Part shown: piece by piece, positions 40,191 to 50,367 of the stretch
Layout of the letters: each line of letters starts with the position of its first letter
How positions within the stretch are numbered: the first letter of the stretch is position 1
DNA from: an uncultured bacterium
GTDB taxonomy: Bacteria; Fermentibacterota; Fermentibacteria; Fermentibacterales; JCC-6
Direction: 5' to 3'
DNA length: 64,000 nucleotides
Assembly: GCA_964541235.1 (NCBI GenBank)
Contig: CAZIPI010000001.1
Coordinates: 110,774 to 174,773, forward strand
Position numbers and translations under genes: made by a program
The notes under the pieces: generated by a model
Databases searched by the model: none
Seen by the model: only the letters and a program-made list of their open reading frames with translations
What the model was told of the DNA's origin: nothing

Positions 40191-41530
40191 ACCGGGAGGG
40201 GCCCCTTCCGGGACAGGGCCGTCAGAGCTTTCTCCACCAGCAGAAATGCCAGCACCGTTGCCGGAAGCAGCGGCAAAAAACGGACATCAATGAGGATAAC
40301 CCCGGCCAGGCAGCCCAGCAGAGCGCCGAACAGCTCGATGGCAGCCAGGTTCCCGCCCGACACGTCCAGCACAAGCTCCTCCAGCTCGTTCAGGTCCAGC
40401 TGGTTCACCCTGGCCTGGACTATGCCCTTTACGTTGATCCCCGACGCCGCCCTTCCGGCGAACTTCCTGGCGGCGAGCCTGAACTCGGGCGAGAGGATCC
40501 TTCTTCCGGCCATGGCCGCCAGGCTGGCCACCTGTCCGTCCAACTGGCTCGAGACCCAGTTCCAGAGCCCGTCGGAGGCCAGCAGTGACCGTACTTTCAG
40601 TACGCCCAGCTCAACCCCCTCGGTCCTGGCCCACTGTGAAACGCTCTCCCTGAGATCGTCGAGCTTTCCCTGGAACCAGCTCCTGAAACCGGGTGAATCG
40701 ATCCAGGACTGTATCTCTTCCGTGTTTGCGTCCAGGAAGGCCAGTACTTCGTCGAAAAACCCGGGGGAACGCACTTTGCGCCGTATCTCCCTGATCAGCA
40801 GCTCCTCGTCCACCCTTAGCACCTTCTTGCCCAGGCCCAGGAACACCCGCTCCAGAAACCTCTTCGAGGAGATGTATTCTTCCAGCACGTTGTTCACCAT
40901 TGCCGAGACAGCTGCGCTGTTCCTGTCCGCAAGCGCCAGGAGGGAGCGCACAACAGCCTCCCGCGTGACCGGGTTCGCAAGCTCCTGCCGCACTGCTTCC
41001 CTGACCCGTGGCCAGACGCTCCCGGCGGCGGTCCTCTCCCTGATGAACTCGGTGATGAACTCCTGAACCTTCAGTATCAATGCCCCGGAATGGGCTTCAA
41101 GGATATCCACTGTCACCTTCTGCAGGTATCCGGCGGCGGCCGCCCTGACCTTTCTGCCCGTAAGCAGCCTGTGAACGTGGTCAACAGCGGCATGGGCGCC
41201 CTTTTCCAGCAGACCGTTCTGTTCGAGGTAATCCAGAACGGAATCGGTGTCCAGCAGCCTGGTCGCCACGGCTTCGCCTACGGCCCGGGCGAGTTCATCC
41301 CTCTTGGCCGGAATGAGCCCCTGGCGCCCGAATACCGTCCTCCTGTGGGGTCTGAACAGCATTCTTATGGCGAAGTGATTGGTCCAGAGCCCCACGGTTC
41401 CCGAGAGGGACACCATGAAGGGCCAGTCGAAGAACACCCGGGAGGGGAAAAAGTGGCCAAGGGCTCCGGATACGCAGGTCAGGGCCGGCAGAGCGATCAT
41501 CGTCGCCCGGCGAAGGCTTCTGACGTTCAA
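40163..41530 (-). CDS. DUF445-family membrane-associated protein (hypothetical)
   Basis: N-terminal TM segment (MIALPALTCVSGALG), a long helical middle region and C-terminal TM segments. Length and layout are typical of the DUF445/YjiN family. Its start overlaps the TPR gene stop by 4 nt. Confidence 0.55.
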   Translation of the reverse strand: MNVRSLRRATMIALPALTCVSGALGHFFPSRVFFDWPFMVSLSGTVGLWTNHFAIRMLFRPHRRTVFGRQGLIPAKRDELARAVGEAVATRLLDTDSVLDYLEQNGLLEKGAHAAVDHVHRLLTGRKVRAAAAGYLQKVTVDILEAHSGALILKVQEFITEFIRERTAAGSVWPRVREAVRQELANPVTREAVVRSLLALADRNSAAVSAMVNNVLEEYISSKRFLERVFLGLGKKVLRVDEELLIREIRRKVRSPGFFDEVLAFLDANTEEIQSWIDSPGFRSWFQGKLDDLRESVSQWARTEGVELGVLKVRSLLASDGLWNWVSSQLDGQVASLAAMAGRRILSPEFRLAARKFAGRAASGINVKGIVQARVNQLDLNELEELVLDVSGGNLAAIELFGALLGCLAGVILIDVRFLPLLPATVLAFLLVEKALTALSRKGPLPVQARSSTEP

Positions 41531-44286
41531 TTGCCGAACCTGAGCCGGAGGTAGTAATCCAGGTCGATCTTTTCCCAGGTATCCACCGCCGGCGTTCTGG
41601 TGTAGTCGAGGTTGAGCCCGAGCAGCAGTGAGAGCGGACCCGGAAGGTCGAAGTCCAGCTCAGTGTTCCCGTAGGAAACGGTGTGGCGGGCATCTCCGGG
41701 AGGGATGTATATGCTGCCGGCCAGCCAGAGGTGCGGCAGCCAGTGTACGGGGCGCCTCATCCAGACACCGACCGATGCGTAGGAAGTTACTCGGTCGGTC
41801 CTGTCCTCACCCACTGACCAGCGTGTGTTCACCAGCCCCACGCCTGCCTCCGGGGCGAACCAGATCCACTCAGCGGGCCAGCTCTTCCAGCCTATGGCGG
41901 AGTAGGAACTGACCTGCCATGGTCTGACTGTCAGGGGCTGGCGGTCCCAGCTGGAGCTGATCCCGGCGTACAGCCTTTCCGTGAAGAAGTGCTCAAGTGT
42001 CAGGGAACCGTAGGCTGACTCCCTCTCCCTTGTGCCGTTCCTCTCCTCCAGCCGCATGCTCCCGTTGAGCTTCAGTGAACTCCCCCGGACATAGTTGAGA
42101 CCAATCGAGGCTCCGCCGCTTATGGAGGATTCCTCCTGGTTGCCGCTGGAGAACGACAGGTCCGCCCACAGGCTCCAACTAAGAGGGCTGTACTTCTCCC
42201 TGTGCCAGGACCTGTCATAATCGCCACCGGTTATGTAAAGTATCCTTGATTCCGCGTAGGAATAGCCGGGCATTATCCTAAGTGCGTCGAGATACCTCTG
42301 GGCCGCGCGTTCAGGATTGCCGAGCCGCTCCTCAAGCAGGCCGAGATAGCAGATGGTGAAGACCGACGAGGGATCCCGGGCCAGGGCGGCCAGCAGAGCC
42401 TCCTGCGCCTCCTGAAGCCTGCCCTCGAAGAGCCTGGCCTCCCCCAGTTCCGACAGGACCGAGGCGGTGGAATCAAAGGCGAGAGCCATGGCCAGCCTGT
42501 CCCCCGCACCTGAGTAGTCGCCGGTCCTGTAGAAGAAGCCGGCAACCTCACGATGAGCTTCCACATCATCACCGGCAAGGCCCGAGGCGGCAAGGAAACA
42601 CTCGCCTGCCCTCTGGCCGTCTTCAAGTGATTCGTAAAGACCCCCCAGGTCTATCCAGTCCCAAGGGCTGGTGCTTCCCATCGTCATGGCCCTGTCCGCG
42701 GCCCGTTTCGCATAGTCCTTGAAACCCAGGCCCAGGGCGTTCCAGCCGTAGCGGGTGTAGGCCCCGCTTCCCGGGACAAGGTCCGCAACCGAGTCTGCGG
42801 CGACAACTGAACCGGAGTCGGACAGGATGAAGAACTTCTCCACCAGCCCCACCTCGGCTTCCGCTGCCGATGAGGACAGGTATCCATCGATGGCTCTCAG
42901 GGCGCTTCCGTGCTCTCCGGTCTGCCGGTACAGCCTGGCCAGGTTCAGCAGCCCGAAGCTGTAGTCCGGGCTTGCCTGTACGGCCCTCGCAAAGAACCCT
43001 GTGGCGCCGGGAACGTCACCGGCCATGAGACGGATGTTACCCATCTCCCCAAGCATCCAGGGGTCGTCACCGATGTGCTCGATCGCCATGCCGAACCACG
43101 CCATGGCTGCATTGTCGTCGCCGCCCTCCCTGAACAGGGCGCCACGGCGCTGCCACCCGTAGGTGTAGGAGCTGTCCAGCGAGACACCGCTCTCGTAGGC
43201 TTCCGCCGCTGCGGAAAGGTCACCGACGGATTCCAGGGTCCATCCCAGCTCGCCCCAGGCCCAGCTGGAAGGGTTGTGTTCGAGGCTCTTCCGGAATGCC
43301 TCGGCGGCCCGGTACAGGTCTCCCGTGTCTTCGCAGGCAAGGCCCAGGTCTATCCAGGCCTGGGAGAAAGAACTGTCCGCAGCCACCGCCTCCTCCAGGA
43401 ACTCCACGGCACGGAACGGGTCTTCGGCCAGTAATCCCAGCCTGTGATAGGCCCACGCGTAGGAGGGGTTGGCCTGGACCCCGGCAGAATAGTACTCGCC
43501 GGCGGTCTCCAGCCTTCCCAGTTGTTCCATGAGAAGCCCCAGCTGACCCCATGTCCAGTAGTCGTCGGGTGAGGCGGATACTACGTTCCTGAACGCCTTC
43601 ACGGCGTGGCCCAGCCTCCCCTGCTCCTCGTGAAGCGAGCCTATGAGCCGCAGGGTGCCCAACCTGTCAGGGTTCGACAGCAGCACTCCCTCCAGTACGG
43701 AAAGGGCGGAATCATGCATTCCAAGGTAGCCGAAAACAGCGGCCTTCTCCTCCATCATCGAATAGCCGAGGGGGTGCTGGTCTATCCCGCGGTCGAGGGT
43801 CTGAAGCGCCTCCTGAAGGCGGCCCAGGTCTTCCAGGGCCCACGCGGCGGTAAGCACCGCAGGGATGAAACCGGGGTCCACGGAAAGTGCCGCAGAGGCC
43901 AGCCTGTACGCCTCGTCGGGGTCAGGAACGGTGAGGCTGTAGTAGGCATAGGATTCCAGAAGGACCGGATCGTCCCCTGGCGCAAGCTCCATGGCCTTCC
44001 GGAAGGCGGCTTCGGCGCCTTCCCGGTCCGATTCAGTGAGAATGGCGCCCAGGGCGGTCCAGGAGCGGAAGTCCGTTGAATCCTCCTGTACCCCTGCCAG
44101 AGCCAGTTCGAGGGAACCGTCATCCCCTGAATAGTACATTGAGAGGGCGATGGAGGGGTTACGGCCCGCAGCGGAGTCCGGCAGGTTCCCCGCCAGTTCC
44201 AGCGCCTCCGCATGGTCTGCGGTCCTGTAGCTTCCATACCAGCCCTCGGGCCAGAACACCGACACAAGGAGAAGGAACAAGGCCAA
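41527..44286 (-). CDS. TPR-repeat protein (919 aa) with C-terminal putative beta-barrel/porin-like domain
   Basis: Many 34-aa W/Y-LG-x-A-Y repeats across the first ~680 aa. The last ~230 aa is rich in alternating aromatic/small residues (SYASVGVWMRRP...LDYYLRLRFGN). Confidence 0.65.
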   Translation of the reverse strand: MALFLLLVSVFWPEGWYGSYRTADHAEALELAGNLPDSAAGRNPSIALSMYYSGDDGSLELALAGVQEDSTDFRSWTALGAILTESDREGAEAAFRKAMELAPGDDPVLLESYAYYSLTVPDPDEAYRLASAALSVDPGFIPAVLTAAWALEDLGRLQEALQTLDRGIDQHPLGYSMMEEKAAVFGYLGMHDSALSVLEGVLLSNPDRLGTLRLIGSLHEEQGRLGHAVKAFRNVVSASPDDYWTWGQLGLLMEQLGRLETAGEYYSAGVQANPSYAWAYHRLGLLAEDPFRAVEFLEEAVAADSSFSQAWIDLGLACEDTGDLYRAAEAFRKSLEHNPSSWAWGELGWTLESVGDLSAAAEAYESGVSLDSSYTYGWQRRGALFREGGDDNAAMAWFGMAIEHIGDDPWMLGEMGNIRLMAGDVPGATGFFARAVQASPDYSFGLLNLARLYRQTGEHGSALRAIDGYLSSSAAEAEVGLVEKFFILSDSGSVVAADSVADLVPGSGAYTRYGWNALGLGFKDYAKRAADRAMTMGSTSPWDWIDLGGLYESLEDGQRAGECFLAASGLAGDDVEAHREVAGFFYRTGDYSGAGDRLAMALAFDSTASVLSELGEARLFEGRLQEAQEALLAALARDPSSVFTICYLGLLEERLGNPERAAQRYLDALRIMPGYSYAESRILYITGGDYDRSWHREKYSPLSWSLWADLSFSSGNQEESSISGGASIGLNYVRGSSLKLNGSMRLEERNGTRERESAYGSLTLEHFFTERLYAGISSSWDRQPLTVRPWQVSSYSAIGWKSWPAEWIWFAPEAGVGLVNTRWSVGEDRTDRVTSYASVGVWMRRPVHWLPHLWLAGSIYIPPGDARHTVSYGNTELDFDLPGPLSLLLGLNLDYTRTPAVDTWEKIDLDYYLRLRFGN

Positions 44287-44289
44287 TTC

Positions 44290-45069
44290 TCACACTCCAG
44301 TTTCAAGAACGGACACCAGGATGCCTGATATCCCCACCGCCCAGCAGTACCAGCAGAACCTGTGAAGCGCTCCGGCCTGGACGAACCGCACCAGAAGCCT
44401 CAGCGAGCCGTACCCCACCAGGGCGGACACTGCGAAGCCCGCGGCAAGCACGCCTATTGGGGTATTCCATTCAGCCTTGGGCAGTTCCAGGACTGCGGCC
44501 CCGAGTATGGCGGGCACCGACAGCAGAAAGGAGAACCTGGCCGCCGCCGCCCTGTCAACACCCCGGAACAGACCGGCGGAGATGGTCATGCCGGAGCGGG
44601 AGACCCCGGGCAGGACCGCCACGGCCTGAAAGACACCTGTCAAGAGCCCGCACGCCAAACCGGGTTCCCGGTTCCCCTTTTGGGGGAACCTGGTGAGAAA
44701 GAGGACCGCACCGGTGAGCAGCATGAGAGTGCTCACCACCAGGGGCATCCCGGAAATCCTCTCAACGCCCCTGGAGAGGAAGACCCCCACTATCCCTGCC
44801 GGAACAGAGGCCACAGCCAGGGCAATGGCCATGTTGACGCTCCGGCGCGTTCCCTTCAGAACCCCCGATGCCAAGGACAGAATGTCGCCGCCGTAAACAA
44901 GCAGGACAGCCAGGAGGGTCCCGAGGTGAAGCATGATGTCGAACGCCAGTGTCTTCCCGGGAACCTCCATCACCGCTGAAGCCAGGGCCAGGTGCCCCGA
45001 GCTGGATACGGGAAGGAACTCGGTAACACCCTGTATGAACGCCAGGATGATGCTTTCGGCGTATGTCAC
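44290..45069 (-). CDS. uppP: Undecaprenyl-diphosphatase (BacA/UppP)
   Basis: TEFLPVSSSGHL and PGVSRSGMTI motifs. GTG start at 45067-45069, overlapping the lysC stop (GTGA). The track ORF 44290-45282 is an over-extension into lysC. Confidence 0.85.
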   Translation of the reverse strand: MTYAESIILAFIQGVTEFLPVSSSGHLALASAVMEVPGKTLAFDIMLHLGTLLAVLLVYGGDILSLASGVLKGTRRSVNMAIALAVASVPAGIVGVFLSRGVERISGMPLVVSTLMLLTGAVLFLTRFPQKGNREPGLACGLLTGVFQAVAVLPGVSRSGMTISAGLFRGVDRAAAARFSFLLSVPAILGAAVLELPKAEWNTPIGVLAAGFAVSALVGYGSLRLLVRFVQAGALHRFCWYCWAVGISGILVSVLETGV

Positions 45070-46268
45070 GATTCCACGAACTCCCTGTGAAGGGCCCTGA
45101 GGGCCGTGTCCCGTTGTTCGGCAAGAACCAGGGCGCTGATGGTGGCATGTGAATCCACGGTCTGAAGCATTTCCACCCCTGCGCCGGAGAGGGCGGAGCT
45201 GAATCTCGCCATGACCCCCTTCATCCCGTGCATACCGGCTCCCACGATGGAGACCTTGGCGCAGGACGCCAGACGCCGGCACTGGTAACCCAGCCCGGAA
45301 AGGAGACGGGTGACCCCGTCGCTTTCGCCTGCGGGCACCGTGAACACCACCGTATCCCCGAGTACGCTGAACATATCCATGGATACCCCGGCGTCGGCCA
45401 CCGCGCTGAACACCCTGGAATGGAAACCACAGAAGGGCTCTGAACCTCCCTGTACTGTGATCCTTGCCACTTCGGGTCCCGATGCCACTCCGACAATGTA
45501 GTTCTCGCAGTTCACAAGCTCCGGCTCCACGCTTGTCACCGTCTTCCCCGTGGAGAACGACCTGACCTCGATGGGAAGGCCTGCGGCTATCGAGGCTTCA
45601 GCGGCCCTGGGGTTCACGATCTTCGCCCCCTGCCACGCCATCTGCCTCAGGTCCTCAGCGCATACAGTCCTGAGCTTCCTTGCCCCGGGAACGGTCTCAG
45701 GGTCGGCTGTGAACACCGATTCCACTGTCTTGTAGAAGACCGCTTCGTCCGCCTTCAGGGCGGCGGCCAGGACCACGGCGGTGGTGTCGCTGCCGCCCCT
45801 TCCGAGCGTTGTCACACACCCCTCCGGTGAGATACCCTGAAAACCGGCCACCACCGCCACGGCTCCCCGGTCCAGAACACGCCTGATCATGGAGACATCA
45901 ACGCTGACCACCCTGGCGTCGCCTGATGAGCCGTCGGTGGTGATCCCGGCCTCCCAGCCGGTCAGTGCTTCCGCGGCAATGGAGTTACGCCTCAGAAGAG
46001 CCGCTGTCACAAGGGCGCTTATGATCTCGCCGCACGCCATGAGCCTGTCGCGCTCGGCTGGTGACGCACCCTCGGGCAACAGCCTCAACAGGGTGTCGGT
46101 GGCGTACGGGTCTCCGGCCCTTCCCATGGCGGAAACCACTACAACAAGGCTCTGGCATTCATCAAGCAGCGATCCGCAGAGCTCAGCAGTCCTTCTTTGG
46201 GACTCCGGGTCCGCAAGGCATGTTCCGCCGAACTTGGCGACAAGCAGTTTCTTCAACAAGGTTCGCAA
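45066..46268 (-). CDS. lysC: Aspartate kinase
   Basis: LLVAKFGGTCLA, VVVSAMGR..TD and C-terminal ACT domains. Several TTG start candidates (46254-46268). The gene overlaps the upstream GT4 gene by at least 70 nt. Confidence 0.85.
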   Translation of the reverse strand: MRTLLKKLLVAKFGGTCLADPESQRRTAELCGSLLDECQSLVVVVSAMGRAGDPYATDTLLRLLPEGASPAERDRLMACGEIISALVTAALLRRNSIAAEALTGWEAGITTDGSSGDARVVSVDVSMIRRVLDRGAVAVVAGFQGISPEGCVTTLGRGGSDTTAVVLAAALKADEAVFYKTVESVFTADPETVPGARKLRTVCAEDLRQMAWQGAKIVNPRAAEASIAAGLPIEVRSFSTGKTVTSVEPELVNCENYIVGVASGPEVARITVQGGSEPFCGFHSRVFSAVADAGVSMDMFSVLGDTVVFTVPAGESDGVTRLLSGLGYQCRRLASCAKVSIVGAGMHGMKGVMARFSSALSGAGVEMLQTVDSHATISALVLAEQRDTALRALHREFVES

Positions 46269-47292
46269 ACTCCTCGCATGTTCTTTCCCATGTGTACAGC
46301 TTCTCGGCCCTGGACCTGGCGGCCGAGCCCATCATGGTCCTCATGTGGTGGTGGTCAAGGAGGCTGGAAAGATGCCCGGCCATCCCCTCCGCATCCCCGG
46401 GTTCGTAAAGCAGTCCCTCCAACCCGTGGGTCACCATCTCCGGAACCGCTCCGCTCCGGGAGGCAACAACGGGAAGCCCGGCCCACATGGCTTCCGCCAC
46501 AGCGATCCCGTACGCCTCCCACGGCGCTCCGTTGACCAGCAGGTCGGCCCGGCACATAAGCCGGTGAACTGCCTCCTTCTCCTGATGGCCCGGCACGGTC
46601 ACCAGACCGCAAAGCTCAGGGGAGGACGCGGCCCGCAGTATCTCCCCTGCGTAACGCGGCTCCTCCTGATGGGAGCCTGCGAGTACCAGTTCATAATCGT
46701 TTCTCCCCAGGAGCGCGCAGGCCCTGAGCACAAGTTTCTGGTTCTTCCTCTCCGTCAGGGCTCCGGCGCATAGAATGACCTTGCGTCCCCCGGGCCGGGG
46801 CTCAGCCCTTTCGACCGGAAACCGGTCGAAACCCGGGGGGATGGTCCTTATCCTTCCGGCCTCTATCCCCAGAAGCTCCAGCCCCCGGGCCGTGGCCAAG
46901 CTGTTGCACCATACCAGGTCGCCCCTGCTCACCATCCACCGGACCGCTGCCCTGTACAGCCTGCGGGGCCTTTGGGGTGTGTCCATCCATTCCAGGTGAT
47001 GCACCAGGTAGAGCACCGGCACCTTCCAGAGACTCAACATGGCCCTGAGGGGAGCCATGACGCCGTAGCTCCTGCTCACCATGACAACGTCCGGCCTTCC
47101 GGCAGCCACCCTTCGCGCCACATGGATGGAGCCGGGGAGCTTCCCTCCCCTGGCCCGGGCGGGGACCGTGCTGAAATGCACCCTGTCCACCCGGTGCCCC
47201 CTTTTCTCCAGGGCGTCCGCCACCTTCCCGTTGAATTCGTAACCGCCGGTCCGGTGGTCCCGCGTACCAAGCATTACAAAGGAGATCCTCAT
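46183..47292 (-). CDS. Glycosyltransferase family 4
   Basis: GT-B fold with the C-terminal EAYGIAVAEAMWAGLPVVASRSGAVPEMV motif. Confidence 0.75.
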   Translation of the reverse strand: MRISFVMLGTRDHRTGGYEFNGKVADALEKRGHRVDRVHFSTVPARARGGKLPGSIHVARRVAAGRPDVVMVSRSYGVMAPLRAMLSLWKVPVLYLVHHLEWMDTPQRPRRLYRAAVRWMVSRGDLVWCNSLATARGLELLGIEAGRIRTIPPGFDRFPVERAEPRPGGRKVILCAGALTERKNQKLVLRACALLGRNDYELVLAGSHQEEPRYAGEILRAASSPELCGLVTVPGHQEKEAVHRLMCRADLLVNGAPWEAYGIAVAEAMWAGLPVVASRSGAVPEMVTHGLEGLLYEPGDAEGMAGHLSSLLDHHHMRTMMGSAARSRAEKLYTWERTCEEFANLVEETACRQVRRNMPCGPGVPKKDC

Positions 47293-47429
47293 GAAACCGC
47301 CCCCAGCGTGTCCGGACCCATGGACGGATTATAGCCTTACGGCGGCGACGAGTCATTTCCGGTGTCATCCTCGGGCGGCGCAGGTTTTCGTATATTCGGT
47401 GCCGGAACCGTTTCAAAGGGCGGAAACCT

Positions 47430-48623
47430 GTGAAAAAGCTCCTTCTTCTGACTTCTGCTCTCCCCCCGGCCAGCACCGGGGCAACACACGCCCTGATGGG
47501 CCTGTGCAGATATCTGCACCGATACGGCTGGCAGCTCCGGATCCTTTCTGTGCCCGACCCCGATCCCTCCACCCGAGACGAATCCCTGAAGGCCGAGCTG
47601 CCTTCCTCGATACCTGTCACACCGTTCGCATCCGCCACCGGGCGGACACCGGGACACTTGCTTCCCTGCAGCATGCCGGGAACGCCGGACAGGCTGGTCC
47701 GGTACCGGAAACAGGTCGTCCGTCTGGGTCTTTCGATGATCGAGACCTCACCCCCCGATCTGATCATGCCCCTGGTCCCCCTGCACTCACTGAACCTGGC
47801 GGCCATGGACCTTTCAGGAAGGACCGGCATCCCTGCGGTGCCGTACTTCACCGAACTGTGGGCCGCCGACTGCCGTACGCGCGAACCCCGCGGTCTGCGC
47901 AAACTGCTCACCGGCCTGATGGAGAGGCACACCGTGAGGGCCGCGTCGGCCCTTGTAACGGCCACGGAAGGCGGGGCCGGCTACTTCCTTCAAAGATACC
48001 CCGGCATCTGCCCGCCGACCCACGTGGCGGCAAACTCCTTCGACCCCGACAGGGTCACCCCTGCAGATCCCGTCCCCAGGGGGGATACCCTGAGGATCGC
48101 CTGGGTTGACGACTTCTGGGGATCGCACAACCCGGAACCGCTGCTTGCGGGGATCAGCGAGTTCCTGCGCAGGAACCCTGACGCCGCGGTCTCGGTGGAA
48201 CACACAGGCCAGGTCCCCCGCAGCCAGGGGGCCGTTCAGAAGGTGATGTTTCACGGCACACTGCCCTGGCGCGGGATCCCCGGCTTCATGTCGTCCTGCC
48301 ATCTTCTTCTGCTGTCCCTGCCCCCGGGCCGGCAGACCCACCGTTACTGCCCCGGCATCGCTGCGGACTGCCTGCGGACCGGAAGGCCCATAATGGCCGC
48401 CACACCCGAGGGAGATATGAGCCAGAAGCTGCGATCCCTGGGAAACGCCTACATATGCGATCCCGACCCCATGGCAGTGGCTTCCACCCTCGAGAACGTG
48501 TACGACCACTGGAGAAAGGGGATCCTGCAGGCTCCCAGGGACCAGGTAAGGATATCCGAACAGCTTGACGCAACCGGCGTCATCAGGGATCTCGCCGCCT
48601 TCCTTGCGGGGGTTGCGGGTTGA
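47430..48623 (+). CDS. Glycosyltransferase-like protein (divergent GT-B fold), GTG start
   Basis: N-terminus LLLLTSALPPASTGATHALMGL fits a GT-B N-domain. Divergent from the GT4 gene at 46183-47292. Confidence 0.5.
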   Translation: MKKLLLLTSALPPASTGATHALMGLCRYLHRYGWQLRILSVPDPDPSTRDESLKAELPSSIPVTPFASATGRTPGHLLPCSMPGTPDRLVRYRKQVVRLGLSMIETSPPDLIMPLVPLHSLNLAAMDLSGRTGIPAVPYFTELWAADCRTREPRGLRKLLTGLMERHTVRAASALVTATEGGAGYFLQRYPGICPPTHVAANSFDPDRVTPADPVPRGDTLRIAWVDDFWGSHNPEPLLAGISEFLRRNPDAAVSVEHTGQVPRSQGAVQKVMFHGTLPWRGIPGFMSSCHLLLLSLPPGRQTHRYCPGIAADCLRTGRPIMAATPEGDMSQKLRSLGNAYICDPDPMAVASTLENVYDHWRKGILQAPRDQVRISEQLDATGVIRDLAAFLAGVAG

Positions 48624-48640
48624 GCAACGAAAGGAACAGC

Positions 48641-49120
48641 ATGACCGAAGTGACGCTTGCCGAGATGCCCGTGGACGTCCAGGGCTTCACCCGTCTTCTT
48701 TCCGGCCTGAACGGAACCCCAGAGGGGGCTGCAGCAGGGATCATAGCCGCGCTCTCGGTGATGGCCGGGAACAGGGGTGCTGGAAGGGAGTGCGTGAGCG
48801 CCGCGGACCCGTCACTTCCCGGATCGAGAATGCGTTTCGTGGAGGAAAGGCTTCAGGGAAGGGAGTACCTTACCCAGAGCTACTTCGCCGGGACTGCACC
48901 CGAGAGCGGCTACCGTCTTCAGCCAGGGCCGCTGGTCATCCGTTTCTCCACCAACCCCTACAGCGGAGATGCTTCCCAGGGGCGGGTGAAGCTCTTCGTC
49001 CAGTGTTCCGGGGCCGACAGCCCCAGACCGGTCACGGTTGCCAGGAACGCCGACGGAACATGGACTGCGGTGGAGTGGAGTTCGCTGCTTCTGGGGGTCA
49101 GGCCGCCGGCTCAGCCCTGA
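48641..49120 (+). CDS. Hypothetical protein (159 aa)
   Basis: ATG with an AAAGGAA Shine-Dalgarno sequence 5 nt upstream. The track ORF starts at a TTG at 48620. Confidence 0.4.
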   Translation: MTEVTLAEMPVDVQGFTRLLSGLNGTPEGAAAGIIAALSVMAGNRGAGRECVSAADPSLPGSRMRFVEERLQGREYLTQSYFAGTAPESGYRLQPGPLVIRFSTNPYSGDASQGRVKLFVQCSGADSPRPVTVARNADGTWTAVEWSSLLLGVRPPAQP

Positions 49121-50367
49121 GGGAACTCCACCGCCATCCCCATCACAAGGGCCCGGATATCCGAAGACGGGTAGAACGGGTCGGATGACACCCCCACGAA
49201 GTCGTCACCCAGCATCTTCCAGACCGTGGAGGAGATGGAGCACTCGGGCAGCCTTCCCACCAGTTTTCCCGAGGCATCCATGAGGTACGCCAGCTGGACC
49301 GGGGCCCCGAAACCCCCTGTTGGTGTGAAGTCCCCTCCAGAGGTCACACTGACGTAGATGGCCGGTTTGCCGTCCAGAAGCCTCTCCAGTGTGAGATCGG
49401 ACGGCTTGACCCTGAGGTCCGGGTAGCCCAGCGAGGGAACGCCGTCGTAGTGAGCGGCCGCGGCCCCGGTAAGGGGAAGGCCGTAGGTGGACGAGACCCT
49501 GATGTCGGTGAACGGCTGGACGAAGACCCCGTCGCGCACCAGCGGGACACCCGGGGCGGGGGTCACGGTGCCCTCGGCGTCGAAGAAGGGGGCTCCCTGC
49601 CTTTCATCGGCGAACTGGAGCAGAGTCAGGCGGTCCGAGAAGACCTTCCGGCCCCGCTTGTCCTTCAAAAGGGATGAACCGGTGGCGTACATTCGCCCGT
49701 GCAGGTCGCTGGTGGTCTGTGACAGGACCGTGGAGGTTTCGGTGAAGACCACGTTGTGGACCCCTGATGCAGGCGGCGCCACCGGGTTCAGGAACGCCCT
49801 GAACTCACGGCGGATCTCGTCCAGCACCTTTTCCCGATCCCAGTCCGTCCCTCCGCTGGCCACGAAACCGTCCATGATGGCGCTGCTGTCCGTTCTCTTG
49901 AAGGTGAGCGCCAGGGTGTAACCACTATGGACGAAACCGAGATCAAGGCCACCTCCGGAAAGGGCATGGCTCTTTCTTGCGAAGCTGAGCTTCCCGGAGA
50001 CGAGGATATGGGGGAACTCGCCGGAGAGAACGGACATCAGCGCCTCCGCCTCTGTCAGGACGTCTCCGTTCTCCCCGCCCGGAACTTCCCTGTGACCCGT
50101 CAGGCCGCTGTTGGGCGCCCAGGGGAAAGGGACGCTGCCCAGGGCTTCCTTCGCCCTTGTCCTCAGGTCATCATGGTCCGGCCGGCCGAGACAGCCCGCC
50201 ACGCCCACCGTCTCGCCGTCGTACAGCCTGAGGCCGGTCTGAAGGATGCTCCTGCTCCTCACCGAGTCCACACTGCCCGCGGTGATGCCGGCGGTTGCGT
50301 CCTCAATGCTCACAGTGCTTGTCTGTTCCACCATTACCCTGCCTCCGCCCTGCTCAGTCCCGACCAT
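49111..50367 (-). CDS. PmbA/TldE-family metalloprotease component
   Basis: Architecture and conserved C-terminal region of the PmbA_TldD superfamily. ATG at 50365-50367 overlaps the TldD stop by 1 nt (TGATG). Confidence 0.7.
   Translation of the reverse strand: MVGTEQGGGRVMVEQTSTVSIEDATAGITAGSVDSVRSRSILQTGLRLYDGETVGVAGCLGRPDHDDLRTRAKEALGSVPFPWAPNSGLTGHREVPGGENGDVLTEAEALMSVLSGEFPHILVSGKLSFARKSHALSGGGLDLGFVHSGYTLALTFKRTDSSAIMDGFVASGGTDWDREKVLDEIRREFRAFLNPVAPPASGVHNVVFTETSTVLSQTTSDLHGRMYATGSSLLKDKRGRKVFSDRLTLLQFADERQGAPFFDAEGTVTPAPGVPLVRDGVFVQPFTDIRVSSTYGLPLTGAAAAHYDGVPSLGYPDLRVKPSDLTLERLLDGKPAIYVSVTSGGDFTPTGGFGAPVQLAYLMDASGKLVGRLPECSISSTVWKMLGDDFVGVSSDPFYPSSDIRALVMGMAVEFPQG

Noticed and set aside
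44290-45282. 330-aa version of the uppP ORF, plus the rpoC ORF start at 24077 and the 35784 start of the beta-propeller ORF
   Set aside because: In each case the upstream part overlaps the preceding gene and lacks homology. Internal starts with Shine-Dalgarno sequences or stop/start coupling give products matching family N-termini.
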